Assembly (NCBI GenBank): GCA_000995965.1
Contig: LBYD01000002.1
Location: forward strand, 336,563-392,696
From: Candidatus Moranbacteria bacterium GW2011_GWC2_40_12
GTDB lineage: Bacteria > Patescibacteriota > Minisyncoccia > Moranbacterales > UBA11712
Length of the DNA: 56,134 bases
Reading direction: 5' to 3'
The first letter of the stretch is position 1; every line of letters begins with the position of its first letter. Both the position numbers and the translations under genes were made by a program. Below are positions 35,067 through 46,378 of the stretch, in pieces. A model generated the notes under the pieces. That model was not told where the DNA came from and ran no database searches. It saw nothing but the letters and a program-made list of their open reading frames with translations.

Positions 35067-35098
35067 CTTGTTGAGGACGTAAAATTTAAAGTAAAAAA

Positions 35099-35545
35099 AT
35101 GAAAAGCAAAAAAAAGAACAGGGGCTTCACCCTTATCGAACTGCTGGTGGTAATGGCGATCATCGGAATCTTGGCGGGAGTAGTTTTGGTGTCCATGTCG
35201 AGTTTTCGGGAGCAAGCGAGGGAGTCGGCGGCCTTGCAAACAGCCACGAGCATAATGCCGGCGGCGATAAAATGCGCGATGGAAGGAAAAAAATTGGAAA
35301 CGGATGCATTTAAGAAACCTGTCGTGGGAACTGCGATCTGCGAAGGATCAAGTTTCACCTGGCCGGAAGTTGGCACCGGCAGTACGATCGGTTGGCGGTG
35401 GGATACAACTGATGAGGATGCACAGGGAGTATATTATACCTTGTTTAATCCAGACAGGACAAAAACTATCGCGTGTCCTGTTACAAATACCTTTTGGACA
35501 GCAGATCCCTATAATATACATCCCGGATCCTGCGGGATATACTAG
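35099..35545 (+). CDS. Type IV pilin paralogue
   Basis: KKNRG/FTLIELLVVMAIIGILAGVVL. Confidence 0.85.
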   Translation: MKSKKKNRGFTLIELLVVMAIIGILAGVVLVSMSSFREQARESAALQTATSIMPAAIKCAMEGKKLETDAFKKPVVGTAICEGSSFTWPEVGTGSTIGWRWDTTDEDAQGVYYTLFNPDRTKTIACPVTNTFWTADPYNIHPGSCGIY

Positions 35546-35566
35546 CTCGAGCTAAAAAATGAAAAT

Positions 35567-36058
35567 ATGAACAAAAAAATAAATGGAAAAACGGGTTTCA
35601 CCCTGATCGAACTGATGGTCGCCGTCGCCATCATCGGAATCCTCGCGGGAGTGGTGCTGGTGCAGATGCAGGGATACGCCAAAGACGCCCGGGCCACCAA
35701 AGCCATTGCCCAGCTCTCGAGCGTGATTCCGTCAATGTACAGCTGTTGGGGCAACGGCGGAAAAGTCAATGTGCCAGGCCAAAACGGAGGAGCTGATGTA
35801 TGTTCAACAAATCCGTCTTATGGAAAGTGGCCAAATTTTACTTCCGATATGGATTCTTATGATTTCACTGTTTCTGTTGAAAATGACAGTAATCAGCCGG
35901 ATTATTGTGCGTCTCCGGGATGCATAAACAAAGATGCTTGGTATGTTTATGTTGATAGCAATTCGGATAATAAGCGAATTTGCTGCAACTTGGCAATGAA
36001 AAGCTGTAAAGCTGATATTTCCGGCTCGCAATGTACAGCGGCAGTACCAAGCAATTAG
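35567..36058 (+). CDS. Type IV pilin paralogue
   Basis: NGKTG/FTLIELMVAVAIIGILAGVVL. Confidence 0.85.
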   Translation: MNKKINGKTGFTLIELMVAVAIIGILAGVVLVQMQGYAKDARATKAIAQLSSVIPSMYSCWGNGGKVNVPGQNGGADVCSTNPSYGKWPNFTSDMDSYDFTVSVENDSNQPDYCASPGCINKDAWYVYVDSNSDNKRICCNLAMKSCKADISGSQCTAAVPSN

Positions 36059-36178
36059 CCGTTTTTTTAACAACCGATATTAGAAAAATACATGTCGATA
36101 ATGAATATACGAAAATGATTCGTATATTCGTAAGAGATTTGTAATTCGTAAAGACTAATCTAGAAGGGCGGTGAAAAA

Positions 36179-36589
36179 ATGAAAACAAACAAAAAAGGTT
36201 TCACGCTGGTTGAGCTTCTCGTCGTGATCGCGATCATTGGAATTTTGGCGGCGATCGTGCTGGTGAGTCTCCAGAGCGCGAAAAACAAGGCAAAGCTCGC
36301 ATCATTCCGCTCAAGCGCGGTGAGCGTCAATCCGGCGGCCATGAGCTGCGCGGATGAGAATATCCTCGCAGTGGCGTCGGTCGCTCCGGGAGATGACATT
36401 TGCGCGGACACGACCGTTGAAGACAGCGTATATCCCGTTCTTGCCAACGGCGTTTGCGACGGAAACACCTATACGGTTGTCGCGACAGATGCGACGTCGG
36501 CCGATGGACAATATCAGGTTGTCATGACCTGCACCATTGCTGGAACGGCAAGAGTGGTCACTTGCACCGAAGCCGGATGCACGCCATAA
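36179..36589 (+). CDS. Type IV pilin paralogue
   Basis: [25 protein letters not shown]. Its 5' UTR is nearly identical to that of the first pilin. Confidence 0.85.
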   Translation: MKTNKKGFTLVELLVVIAIIGILAAIVLVSLQSAKNKAKLASFRSSAVSVNPAAMSCADENILAVASVAPGDDICADTTVEDSVYPVLANGVCDGNTYTVVATDATSADGQYQVVMTCTIAGTARVVTCTEAGCTP

Positions 36590-36775
36590 TTTGTATTGAA
36601 AATTTTTCCATTTCGTCCCTCTCTTTGCGAAGGGAGGGATCATGGCGGAAAAATATTTTTGCGGCGTGAATGAGTCTGCTAAAGACGTCCATAAATTCCA
36701 AAATTGTATTTTTGGTCGAAGAAATCCGTATGTTCGCAAAAGATTCGTAATTCGCGTAATTCGTATGGTATTCAC

Positions 36776-37603
36776 ATGATTGCAATTTTCTTCATTGTCG
36801 GGCTTATTGTCGGAAGCTTCCTCGGGGCGACCAACTATCGTATCAAAATCGCCGAAGATATCGTTTGGAAGCGCTCCCACTGCCCCCGATGCAAAAAAAA
36901 GATTCGCTGGTATGACAACGTGCCACTTTTGAGTTTTGTCATTCTTTGGGGAAAGTGCCGCGAATGCGAAAAGAATATTTCCTGGAAATATCCGGCTATC
37001 GAGCTTCTGACAGGGATCCTTTATGCGGCCGTGGCCTGGAAATTTTTGGGCGGTTGGGGAATATCAGCGGAAAAGATACTCACCGGGGGAGACGTGGTGG
37101 AGATGTCTTTCTGGCTTTTCACTTCCAGCTATCTGGTTCTCATTTTTTTCCACGATCTGAGCTATATGCTCATACCGGATGCGGCGGTTTTTCCGGCGAT
37201 TGTCGTCACCCTTCTTTTTCAATATTGGAAATATCTCCAGGGTCCGCTTGGGATCGCGACTCTCAAGAATCCTTTCGTCGGCGCTGTTTTTGCGGCGCTT
37301 GTCGCGTCCTGTTTCTTCTTTTTTCTCATTTGGGTTTCGCGCGGAAAATGGATCGGTGGAGGTGACGTGAAACTCGGATTCCTGGCGGGAGCGATTGTCG
37401 GCTGGCCAAAAATATTGTTTGTTCTCTTTTTTGCCTATATGATCGGAGCGATCGCGAGCCTGTCGCTGATCTGGATGAAGAAAAAAACCTGGAAAAGCCA
37501 GATTCCTTTCGGACCGTTCATCGTGGCGGGAATTCTCATCGTCATGTTTTTTTCTGAACAAATCCAATTTTGGGCCAACCGGTATTTGAATATAGGGTAC
37601 TAA
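36776..37603 (+). CDS. pilD: Prepilin peptidase / N-methyltransferase PilD
   Basis: Zinc motif CPRCKKKIRWYDNVP...CRECEKNI, about 7 TM segments, and the catalytic Asp regions HDLSYMLIPD and GGGDVKL. Start placed at ATG 36776. Confidence 0.85.
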   Translation: MIAIFFIVGLIVGSFLGATNYRIKIAEDIVWKRSHCPRCKKKIRWYDNVPLLSFVILWGKCRECEKNISWKYPAIELLTGILYAAVAWKFLGGWGISAEKILTGGDVVEMSFWLFTSSYLVLIFFHDLSYMLIPDAAVFPAIVVTLLFQYWKYLQGPLGIATLKNPFVGAVFAALVASCFFFFLIWVSRGKWIGGGDVKLGFLAGAIVGWPKILFVLFFAYMIGAIASLSLIWMKKKTWKSQIPFGPFIVAGILIVMFFSEQIQFWANRYLNIGY

Positions 37604-37663
37604 ATTTTCAAATGTATATATCAGGCCTCATAATGATCGGAAAATTTGGAAATTGATAACTTC

Positions 37664-38239
37664 ATGAAAATTGAGAATTTAAAGTTCAAAATTGAAAAAA
37701 AGGGCTTCACTTTGATCGAACTTCTGGTCGTCATGGCGATTGTTTCGATTCTGACGGCCGTTGTTTTGGTGAACTTGGGCAAAAACGATGATCAGGATGT
37801 GAGAACGGAGAAAGACAGGCTTGTCACTTTTTTGCGTGAAATGCAGAATAAGGCGCTGGCGGTGGACAAAAATGATGTCAGCTTGGGAGCTGACGAAAAA
37901 CTTTGCGGTTTTGGGGTATCCGGCGGAGTCGGAGATGCTGATTTTCTGGACACATACTATATAAAGACAACAACGGCGGCAACCAGCGGCCTGGACCAGG
38001 ATTGCGCCGGGCTGGCCAGCGCTGATTCTCCGCGAACCTTGTACAGCAGCCGTTTTTATCTCAATAAAGACGTGAAGCTTGATTTGGCCGGCAATATTTT
38101 TTTTCTGGTTCCCGGCGCCGACGTCTATTATGCCGGGAGCCGCAGTTCCGGTGATTTTCCAGTGACAATAAATCTCAAAAAATCGGGCGTGAATGTTCCC
38201 GTCAAAATTGACCTGTCTGGAAGAATCTATTCAAATTAA
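37664..38239 (+). CDS. Minor pilin / pseudopilin
   Basis: KKG/FTLIELLVVMAIVSILTAVVL. Confidence 0.7.
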   Translation: MKIENLKFKIEKKGFTLIELLVVMAIVSILTAVVLVNLGKNDDQDVRTEKDRLVTFLREMQNKALAVDKNDVSLGADEKLCGFGVSGGVGDADFLDTYYIKTTTAATSGLDQDCAGLASADSPRTLYSSRFYLNKDVKLDLAGNIFFLVPGADVYYAGSRSSGDFPVTINLKKSGVNVPVKIDLSGRIYSN

Positions 38240-38838
38240 TGTTCCAATACCAAAAGAAAACTTCACGAAATGGAGGCTTCACCCTTATTGAGCTTCTTAT
38301 TACGATATTTTTAGTTTCGGTGGGGCTTATCGGCGTCATAGCTTTTTTCAATGCGAGCCTCTCAAGCCAGTTCGAAGCAAAAAACGAAGTTATCGCGGCC
38401 GGACTCGCGCAAGAAGCGACGGAACTGGTGAGGAATATCGTGGAAAATAATTTTTTGAATAACAATCCCAACTGGTATCAACAGATAGCAACCAGTAAAA
38501 ATGGAACAAGCAATTGCAAGTGGCTTGACGTTGATTCTCTAAGTGATCATAAGTGCTGGACCGGCAATAGTTTTGACGTATGCATAAATGGGCCAGACGG
38601 CCGCTATCTTCAGTGTCCGCATGCAGTAGGCGGAAAAGAAACCGATTTTCTGCGCGAGATTGAAGTTCGGGGTGAGGAGGTTAATGAAGATCCTGGCATT
38701 GACATTGAGGATGGAGATTGCCTCAATATCCTGGTCACAGTTGGCTGGCCGAGAAGCGATACTGCCTGCGCTGCTAACGTAGCTGATTGTCCCAAAAAAA
38801 CAACGGCCAAGGATGTCATATGCGAACCGCTGAAATAA
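38239..38838 (+). CDS. Minor pilin / pseudopilin
   Basis: RNGG/FTLIELLITIFLVSVGL. Confidence 0.7.
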   Translation: MFQYQKKTSRNGGFTLIELLITIFLVSVGLIGVIAFFNASLSSQFEAKNEVIAAGLAQEATELVRNIVENNFLNNNPNWYQQIATSKNGTSNCKWLDVDSLSDHKCWTGNSFDVCINGPDGRYLQCPHAVGGKETDFLREIEVRGEEVNEDPGIDIEDGDCLNILVTVGWPRSDTACAANVADCPKKTTAKDVICEPLK

Positions 38839-38854
38839 TTTTCACAGCTGAAAA

Positions 38855-39523
38855 ATGAAAAAAGAAATACCAGGCATCAGACACAAGGCGCAAGATACCG
38901 GTTCCGGTTTCACCCTTATCGAGCTAATGGTCGCCATTTTTATTTTTTCCATCATTACGGTGGCGATTGTTTCTGTTTTCGTTTCCACGGTGACGTCTTA
39001 TGGCAAGGCCAAAGCCATCAAGACTGTCAAAGAAGACACCGAATTTGCCATGGCCTCTATCGCCAAAGACGTGCGGATGGGAAAGATTGAAAAATATTAT
39101 AAAATTGCTCCGGCCGGAGTGGAAACTTTATACGAAGGAGATTACATGGGGATGCCGTATAAATATCTAGTCGTATCAAGAAACAGAGGCGGGAAGGTAT
39201 GTTATAAGATTGATGAAAAAATATTGGGGATCAGTGAAGGAATTCCGGATGACAATTTGTGTCCTCAAGCCGGGTATAATAACTTAGTTGACTTGTCCTC
39301 CACTCAAATGTCTTTCAATGTCAATACTTCAGGTTTTTTTGCTTGTCCGAGCACATTTGGAACGCCAAGCCATTGCCCGTCGGATTCTCTTCTTGAGAAT
39401 AGGAGAGGCTGGGTGGAAATCAATCTCGACATAATCATGGCTTCCGGAAAAGAAATGGAAGCCGATCAGATAAATGTTCAGACAACTGTTTCCTCTCGTG
39501 ATTATGGATGGGAAGAGTTGTAA
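38855..39523 (+). CDS. Minor pilin / pseudopilin
   Basis: GSG/FTLIELMVAIFIFSIITVAIV. Confidence 0.7.
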   Translation: MKKEIPGIRHKAQDTGSGFTLIELMVAIFIFSIITVAIVSVFVSTVTSYGKAKAIKTVKEDTEFAMASIAKDVRMGKIEKYYKIAPAGVETLYEGDYMGMPYKYLVVSRNRGGKVCYKIDEKILGISEGIPDDNLCPQAGYNNLVDLSSTQMSFNVNTSGFFACPSTFGTPSHCPSDSLLENRRGWVEINLDIIMASGKEMEADQINVQTTVSSRDYGWEEL

Positions 39524-39564
39524 TAATAAACTCAAAAATGATAGCCCAAAAAGGTGGATTTTGG

Positions 39565-39587
39565 TGTCGCTGCGCGACATTTTTTTG
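39565..39587 (+). terminator. Intrinsic terminator ending the pilus operon
   Basis: tgtcgc-tgc-gcgaca followed by TTTTTTT. Confidence 0.7.
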
Positions 39588-39625
39588 TACCCAAGCCCCT
39601 TTATTTTTCATGTTTATCCTGTTAA

Positions 39626-41761
<2,136 letters not shown>

Positions 41762-41898
41762 TCATAATTTAAGAATTGTGAATTGAGATTTTTGAATTCA
41801 GAATGGGAATAAAGAATCATGAATAAAGGTTTCTTGATTGCTCTATATTCGACATCCCATATTCCCATTCACAATTCATAATTCCAAATTCTAAATTC
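41762..41898. repeat. Stop-to-start word palindrome (GAATTG/GAATGGGAATA words)
   Basis: agaatgggaata pairs perfectly with tattcccattc. The 3' arm ...cacaattcataattccaaattctaaattc abuts the gatC ATG and is related to the 3' arm at 19040-19077. Confidence 0.65.
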
Positions 41899-42186
41899 AT
41901 GCTAAGCAAAGACGAAGTAAAAAAGATAGCTAACCTGGCCAGAGTGGAGATAACCGACGACGAAGCGGCCAAATACTCAACCGAACTTTCGGATATTTTG
42001 GGTTTTGTGGAAAAATTGAACGAGGCGGACACGGAAGACATCGAGCCTATTGCACACATCACGGGAGCAAAAAATGTCACGCGCGGGGACAAAGTGGTGG
42101 AATATAGCGACGAGACCAAAGATAATATTATCAAAAATTTCCCGGAAAAGAAAGATCGGTTTGATAAGGTGAAAGCGGTATTTTGA
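41899..42186 (+). CDS. gatC: Asp/Glu-tRNA amidotransferase subunit C
   Basis: MLSKDEVKKIANLARVEITDDEAAKYSTELSDILGFVEKLNEADT. Confidence 0.9.
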   Translation: MLSKDEVKKIANLARVEITDDEAAKYSTELSDILGFVEKLNEADTEDIEPIAHITGAKNVTRGDKVVEYSDETKDNIIKNFPEKKDRFDKVKAVF

Positions 42187-42189
42187 AAT

Positions 42190-42320
42190 TATTTACGAAT
42201 TACGAATACCTGCCCGCATTGCTGCGCAAAGCGTTGCAGGCGGGCGCCTCGCTCTGCGAATATACTGATTTCGAATTCTTTGCGTTCGTATATTCGTAAG
42301 AGATTCGTAATTCGCAAAGA
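42190..42320 (+). repeat. 130-nt MITE-like element, copy 2
   Basis: See copy 1. It fills the gatC-gatA spacer. The track ORF 42189..42386 (-) is its spurious translation. Confidence 0.85.
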
Positions 42321-42327
42321 ATAGGCC

Positions 42328-43770
42328 ATGATCAAAGAATTCCACGAAAAATTAATCAACCAAGAAATAACTTCGGAAAAACTCACTGAAGATTATTTTG
42401 ATAAAATTGAGCAAAAGGATGGAGAAATCCAGGCCTACTTAAGCCTTAACAAAGAATTCGCACTCGACAAAGCCCGCTCGGTGGACAAGAAAATAAAAAA
42501 AGGCGAAGAAATTGATCTTTTGGCCGGGATTCCTTGCGCCATAAAAGACAATATTTGCGTTGACGGGCTTCGGGTGACGGCCGGTTCGAAAATTTTGGAA
42601 AATTATGTCTCGCCATACGATGCGACAGTTATAAAAAAGCTGAAAGAAGAAGACGCGGTGTTTCTTGGAAAAACAAACCTTGATGAATTTGCGATGGGCT
42701 CTTCCACCGAAAACAGCGCTTATCAGACGACAAAAAATCCGCATGATGTCTCACGCGTTTCCGGTGGATCGTCCGGAGGCAGCGCGGCCGCGGTTGCGGC
42801 AGATTTGTGCGCTTACGCGCTGGGCTCGGACACGGGCGGGTCAATCCGCCAGCCTTCATCCTTTTGCGGGGCAGTGGGGCTTAAGCCAACTTATGGGCTG
42901 GTTTCCCGGTATGGCCTTATTGCCATGGCATCGAGCTTTGACCAAATCGGGCCGATTGCGGAAAGTGTCGAAGACGCAGCAATTGTCCTTTCAAGGATCG
43001 CAGGGGGGGATAAAAATGATTCAACTGCCATAAAAAGCGCCGAAACAGTTTACGAAAATTGTCTGACAGGAGACATAAAAGGGCTAAAAATCGGAGTGCC
43101 GAAAGAATATTTCGCAGGAGTTGGGTTGGATCCAGAAGTGAAAAATATCATCGAGGATGCGATCAAAAAATATGAAAAAATGGGAGCGGAAATTGTGGAC
43201 ATAAGACTTCCCAGCAGCGAATACGCCCTGGCAACCTATTATATCATCATGCCTTGCGAAGTCAGTTCAAACCTCGCCCGCTTCGACGGCATCCGGTTCG
43301 GTCAGTCGATTGAAAAAGAAGCGGTTATCAATGAAAACCTGATTTTGCAGGATATTTTTTTCAAAACCCGCGCGAAATATCTTGGAAAAGAAGTGAAACG
43401 CCGGATAATGCTTGGAACCTACGCGCTTTCGGCCGGATACTATGACCAATATTATAAAAAAGCCCAAAAGGTCCGCGCGCTTATCAGAAAAGAATTTGAA
43501 AAAGCTTTCGATAAGGTGGATGTGATTGTTGGCCCGACGGCTCCAACTCCGGCTTTCAAAATCGGCGAAAAAACCCAAAATCCGCTCGAAATGTATCTGG
43601 CAGACATATATACCGTTTCGGCCAACATCGCCGGCCTCCCGGCTATTTCCATTCCCTGCGGAAGTGCTAGAATAGAAGGGAAAGAACTTCCAGTCGGGCT
43701 CCAGCTTATGGGCAAGTGGTTTGGGGAGGAAAGGTTGCTAAATGCCGCGCATGCTTTCGAAATTTATTAA
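42328..43770 (+). CDS. gatA: Asp/Glu-tRNA amidotransferase subunit A
   Basis: Amidase signature [12 protein letters not shown]...[12 protein letters not shown]. Confidence 0.9.
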   Translation: MIKEFHEKLINQEITSEKLTEDYFDKIEQKDGEIQAYLSLNKEFALDKARSVDKKIKKGEEIDLLAGIPCAIKDNICVDGLRVTAGSKILENYVSPYDATVIKKLKEEDAVFLGKTNLDEFAMGSSTENSAYQTTKNPHDVSRVSGGSSGGSAAAVAADLCAYALGSDTGGSIRQPSSFCGAVGLKPTYGLVSRYGLIAMASSFDQIGPIAESVEDAAIVLSRIAGGDKNDSTAIKSAETVYENCLTGDIKGLKIGVPKEYFAGVGLDPEVKNIIEDAIKKYEKMGAEIVDIRLPSSEYALATYYIIMPCEVSSNLARFDGIRFGQSIEKEAVINENLILQDIFFKTRAKYLGKEVKRRIMLGTYALSAGYYDQYYKKAQKVRALIRKEFEKAFDKVDVIVGPTAPTPAFKIGEKTQNPLEMYLADIYTVSANIAGLPAISIPCGSARIEGKELPVGLQLMGKWFGEERLLNAAHAFEIY

Positions 43771-43893
43771 GAAATTGGTTTCTGGAAAATAGAAGTTAGT
43801 AATAGAAATTCGAAATTTGAAAATTGATTACCATTTTCCACTTTCAAGTTTCTATAACAATTTTCCAATTGCTACTAACTATTTTCAAAAGTA
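43771..43893. repeat. Stop-to-start word palindrome (GAAAAT/TAGTA words)
   Basis: ggaaaatagaagttagtaatagaaa... pairs with ...ttctataacaattttccaattgctactaactattttc. It spans from the gatA stop to the next ATG. Confidence 0.6.
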
Positions 43894-44412
43894 ATGGACG
43901 TTGATATCTTTGGCGCTTTATCTTCCGCCTACAACGATTTTCTCCAATCAACCTTTTTTTATTATCTGAAGATTTTTTCCGCGTTTGTTTCCGTTTTGCT
44001 GTTTATTGATGTCGTGCTGCTTCTCTCGAAAAGAGCGAGGACGGACATAATGATCGCCCTTTATGGGATGCCGACAAGCCGGTTCAAAAAAGCAAAATAT
44101 ATCCCGAGATGGGAGTCCGTCAAGAATCGCCTTGCGTCGGGGAGCGTGTCCAGCGGAAAAATCGCCATCATTGAAGCCGACAAAATGCTCAATGAAGCTC
44201 TGGAAAAATTTGGATTTTCCGGAAAAGACGCGGACGAAAAAATAGGAAAAATAAAGCCCGGACAGCTGGTCGGAATTGAGGAGATCCGCAATGCTCGAAT
44301 TTTATTCCACAAAATAATGGAGGATCCCGGATATGAATCCAGCCTTGAAGAGCTGAAATCGGCTCTTGAGATGTATGAAAGATTTTTTCGGGGAGTTGAG
44401 ATGATAGATTAG
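43894..44412 (+). CDS. Hypothetical membrane-anchored protein
   Basis: 172-aa ORF with one N-terminal TM segment. No family recognised. Confidence 0.5.
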   Translation: MDVDIFGALSSAYNDFLQSTFFYYLKIFSAFVSVLLFIDVVLLLSKRARTDIMIALYGMPTSRFKKAKYIPRWESVKNRLASGSVSSGKIAIIEADKMLNEALEKFGFSGKDADEKIGKIKPGQLVGIEEIRNARILFHKIMEDPGYESSLEELKSALEMYERFFRGVEMID

Positions 44413-44473
44413 ATATAAGATATAAGAAAGAAGATATAGGGTATTATTTATTTTTAAATTTTGTACTAAAATT

Positions 44474-45472
44474 ATGATTCGAATCGCAATCAACGGTTTT
44501 GGCCGAATAGGCCGGCCAACGCTGAAAATCGCGCTGGAAAAAGAAAATATCGAGGTCGCGGCAATCAATGACCTCGCTGACGACAAAACCTTGGCGCATC
44601 TGTTGAAATACGATAGTTCCTACGGAACTTATGGAAAAAGCGTTGAAACGGGAAATGGGGAAATTATAGTCGGAGGAAAGAAAATAAGAAGCCTCACCGA
44701 GCCCGACCCGACAAAATTGCCCTGGAAGGATTTTGGCGTTGACATTGTACTCGAATGCAGCGGCGCTTTCACAAAAAAAGAAGACGCTGAGAAGCATATC
44801 GGGGCGGGAGCTGCGAAAGTAATTCTCTCCGCGCCCCCAAGCGGGGACGGAGTGCCAGTCTATCTTCTGGGTATAAACGAAAATGAATATAATCCGGCTG
44901 AAAATGTGATATCAAATGGCTCCTGCACGACCAATTGCCTCGCGCCGATGATCAAAGTTCTTGATGAAAAATTTGGAGTTGAGAAGGGGTTCATGACAAC
45001 TGTTCATTCATACACAAATGATCAGAGAATCCTTGATCTTCCGCATAAGGATTTGCGCCGGGCGCGTGGGGCAGCGCAAAATATCATTCCAACTTCAACC
45101 GGAGCGGCTAAAACTGTGGGAAAGGCCATGAAATCACTCGAGGGGAGATTGAACGGCATTTCCATGAGAGTTCCGACTCCTGTGGTTTCAGCGACGGATT
45201 TTGTTTGCGTGCTCAAAAGAGAAGCTTCGGCGGAGGAGATAAACGAAGCTTATCGCCGAGCATCCGCGGGAGAGCTCAAAAATATTTTGGAGGTTTCGGA
45301 GGGGGAACTCGTGTCGATGGATTTCAAGGGCAACCCGGCAAGCGCAATCGTTGACCTTCCGCTCACGATGGCTAACGGAAATCTTGTGAAAATCGTCGGA
45401 TGGTATGACAATGAGTGGGCCTATGCGAACCGGCTGGTCGAAATGGCGGAACATATTTCTCAACACAAGTAA
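44474..45472 (+). CDS. gap: Glyceraldehyde-3-phosphate dehydrogenase, type I
   Basis: INGFGRIGR, the active site SNGSCTTNCLAP, and WYDNEWAY. Confidence 0.9.
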   Translation: MIRIAINGFGRIGRPTLKIALEKENIEVAAINDLADDKTLAHLLKYDSSYGTYGKSVETGNGEIIVGGKKIRSLTEPDPTKLPWKDFGVDIVLECSGAFTKKEDAEKHIGAGAAKVILSAPPSGDGVPVYLLGINENEYNPAENVISNGSCTTNCLAPMIKVLDEKFGVEKGFMTTVHSYTNDQRILDLPHKDLRRARGAAQNIIPTSTGAAKTVGKAMKSLEGRLNGISMRVPTPVVSATDFVCVLKREASAEEINEAYRRASAGELKNILEVSEGELVSMDFKGNPASAIVDLPLTMANGNLVKIVGWYDNEWAYANRLVEMAEHISQHK

Positions 45473-45487
45473 TATGCGATACAAGAC

Positions 45488-46252
45488 ATGATAGGAATTT
45501 TCGACAGCGGAGTGGGGGGATTGACGGTTGTCAAAGAAATAAAGTTGCTTCTGCCTGAAGTTCCGATTGTGTATTTCGGAGACACGGCCAGGTTGCCGTA
45601 TGGAAACAAAAGCCGGGAAACGGTGAGGAGTTATTCTTCTGAAATCGTGGATTTTTTGAAAAAGAAAGGCTGTAAGACGATTGTCATCGCCTGCAACAGC
45701 GCTTCGGCACTCGCCGCAGACTGGCTTCGTGAAAAATATCCGGAACTAAAAATATATGATGTCGTCAGTTCCGGCGCGGAAGCAGTTGCTGAGGTGACAA
45801 GGAATAAAAAAGTCGGGGTGATTGGAACAGCCGCTACGATAAACAGCAGCGTCTATAAGAAAAAAATCGCGGATATTGATCCGAAAATCGAAGTTTTCAC
45901 CAAAGCTTGTCCGCTCTTTGTCCATCTTGTTGAAGAAAATTGGATCAGGCGCCCGGAGACAAAAAAAATCGCAAGAACCTATCTCCGCGAACTGAAACTT
46001 AAAAAAATAGACACTCTTCTTCTCGGCTGTACCCATTACCCCCTGCTTGAAAAAATTATTTCCGGCATTATGGGGCGGAGGACGAGAGTTATCGCTTCGG
46101 GAAAAAAACTATCCCAAGAGCTCAAAAAAAATATTCCGGGCAAAAAAGGGATAGAGGATGAATATTTTGTAAGCGATCTGACAGAGCATTTTGAAAAACT
46201 GGCGAGAAAGATACTCGGGAAAAATGTGAAAATTGAAAAAGTAGTGCTATAG
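45488..46252 (+). CDS. murI: Glutamate racemase
   Basis: IGIFDSGVGGLTV, IACNSAS, LGCTHYP. Confidence 0.9.
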   Translation: MIGIFDSGVGGLTVVKEIKLLLPEVPIVYFGDTARLPYGNKSRETVRSYSSEIVDFLKKKGCKTIVIACNSASALAADWLREKYPELKIYDVVSSGAEAVAEVTRNKKVGVIGTAATINSSVYKKKIADIDPKIEVFTKACPLFVHLVEENWIRRPETKKIARTYLRELKLKKIDTLLLGCTHYPLLEKIISGIMGRRTRVIASGKKLSQELKKNIPGKKGIEDEYFVSDLTEHFEKLARKILGKNVKIEKVVL

Positions 46253-46378
46253 AAGATTGAAAATGTAAAAATCAAAATGAAAAATAACAATGCAAAATGT
46301 AAAAGTATTTTTTATAACTATGAGCGAAGCGAATACTAAAATTTTGCATTTTGATATTTGCATTTTGCATTGAATATT
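46253..46378. repeat. Stop-to-start word palindrome (CAAAATG/CATTTTG words)
   Basis: aatgcaaaatg pairs with cattttgcatt. It runs from the murI stop to the ATG at 46379. Confidence 0.6.
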
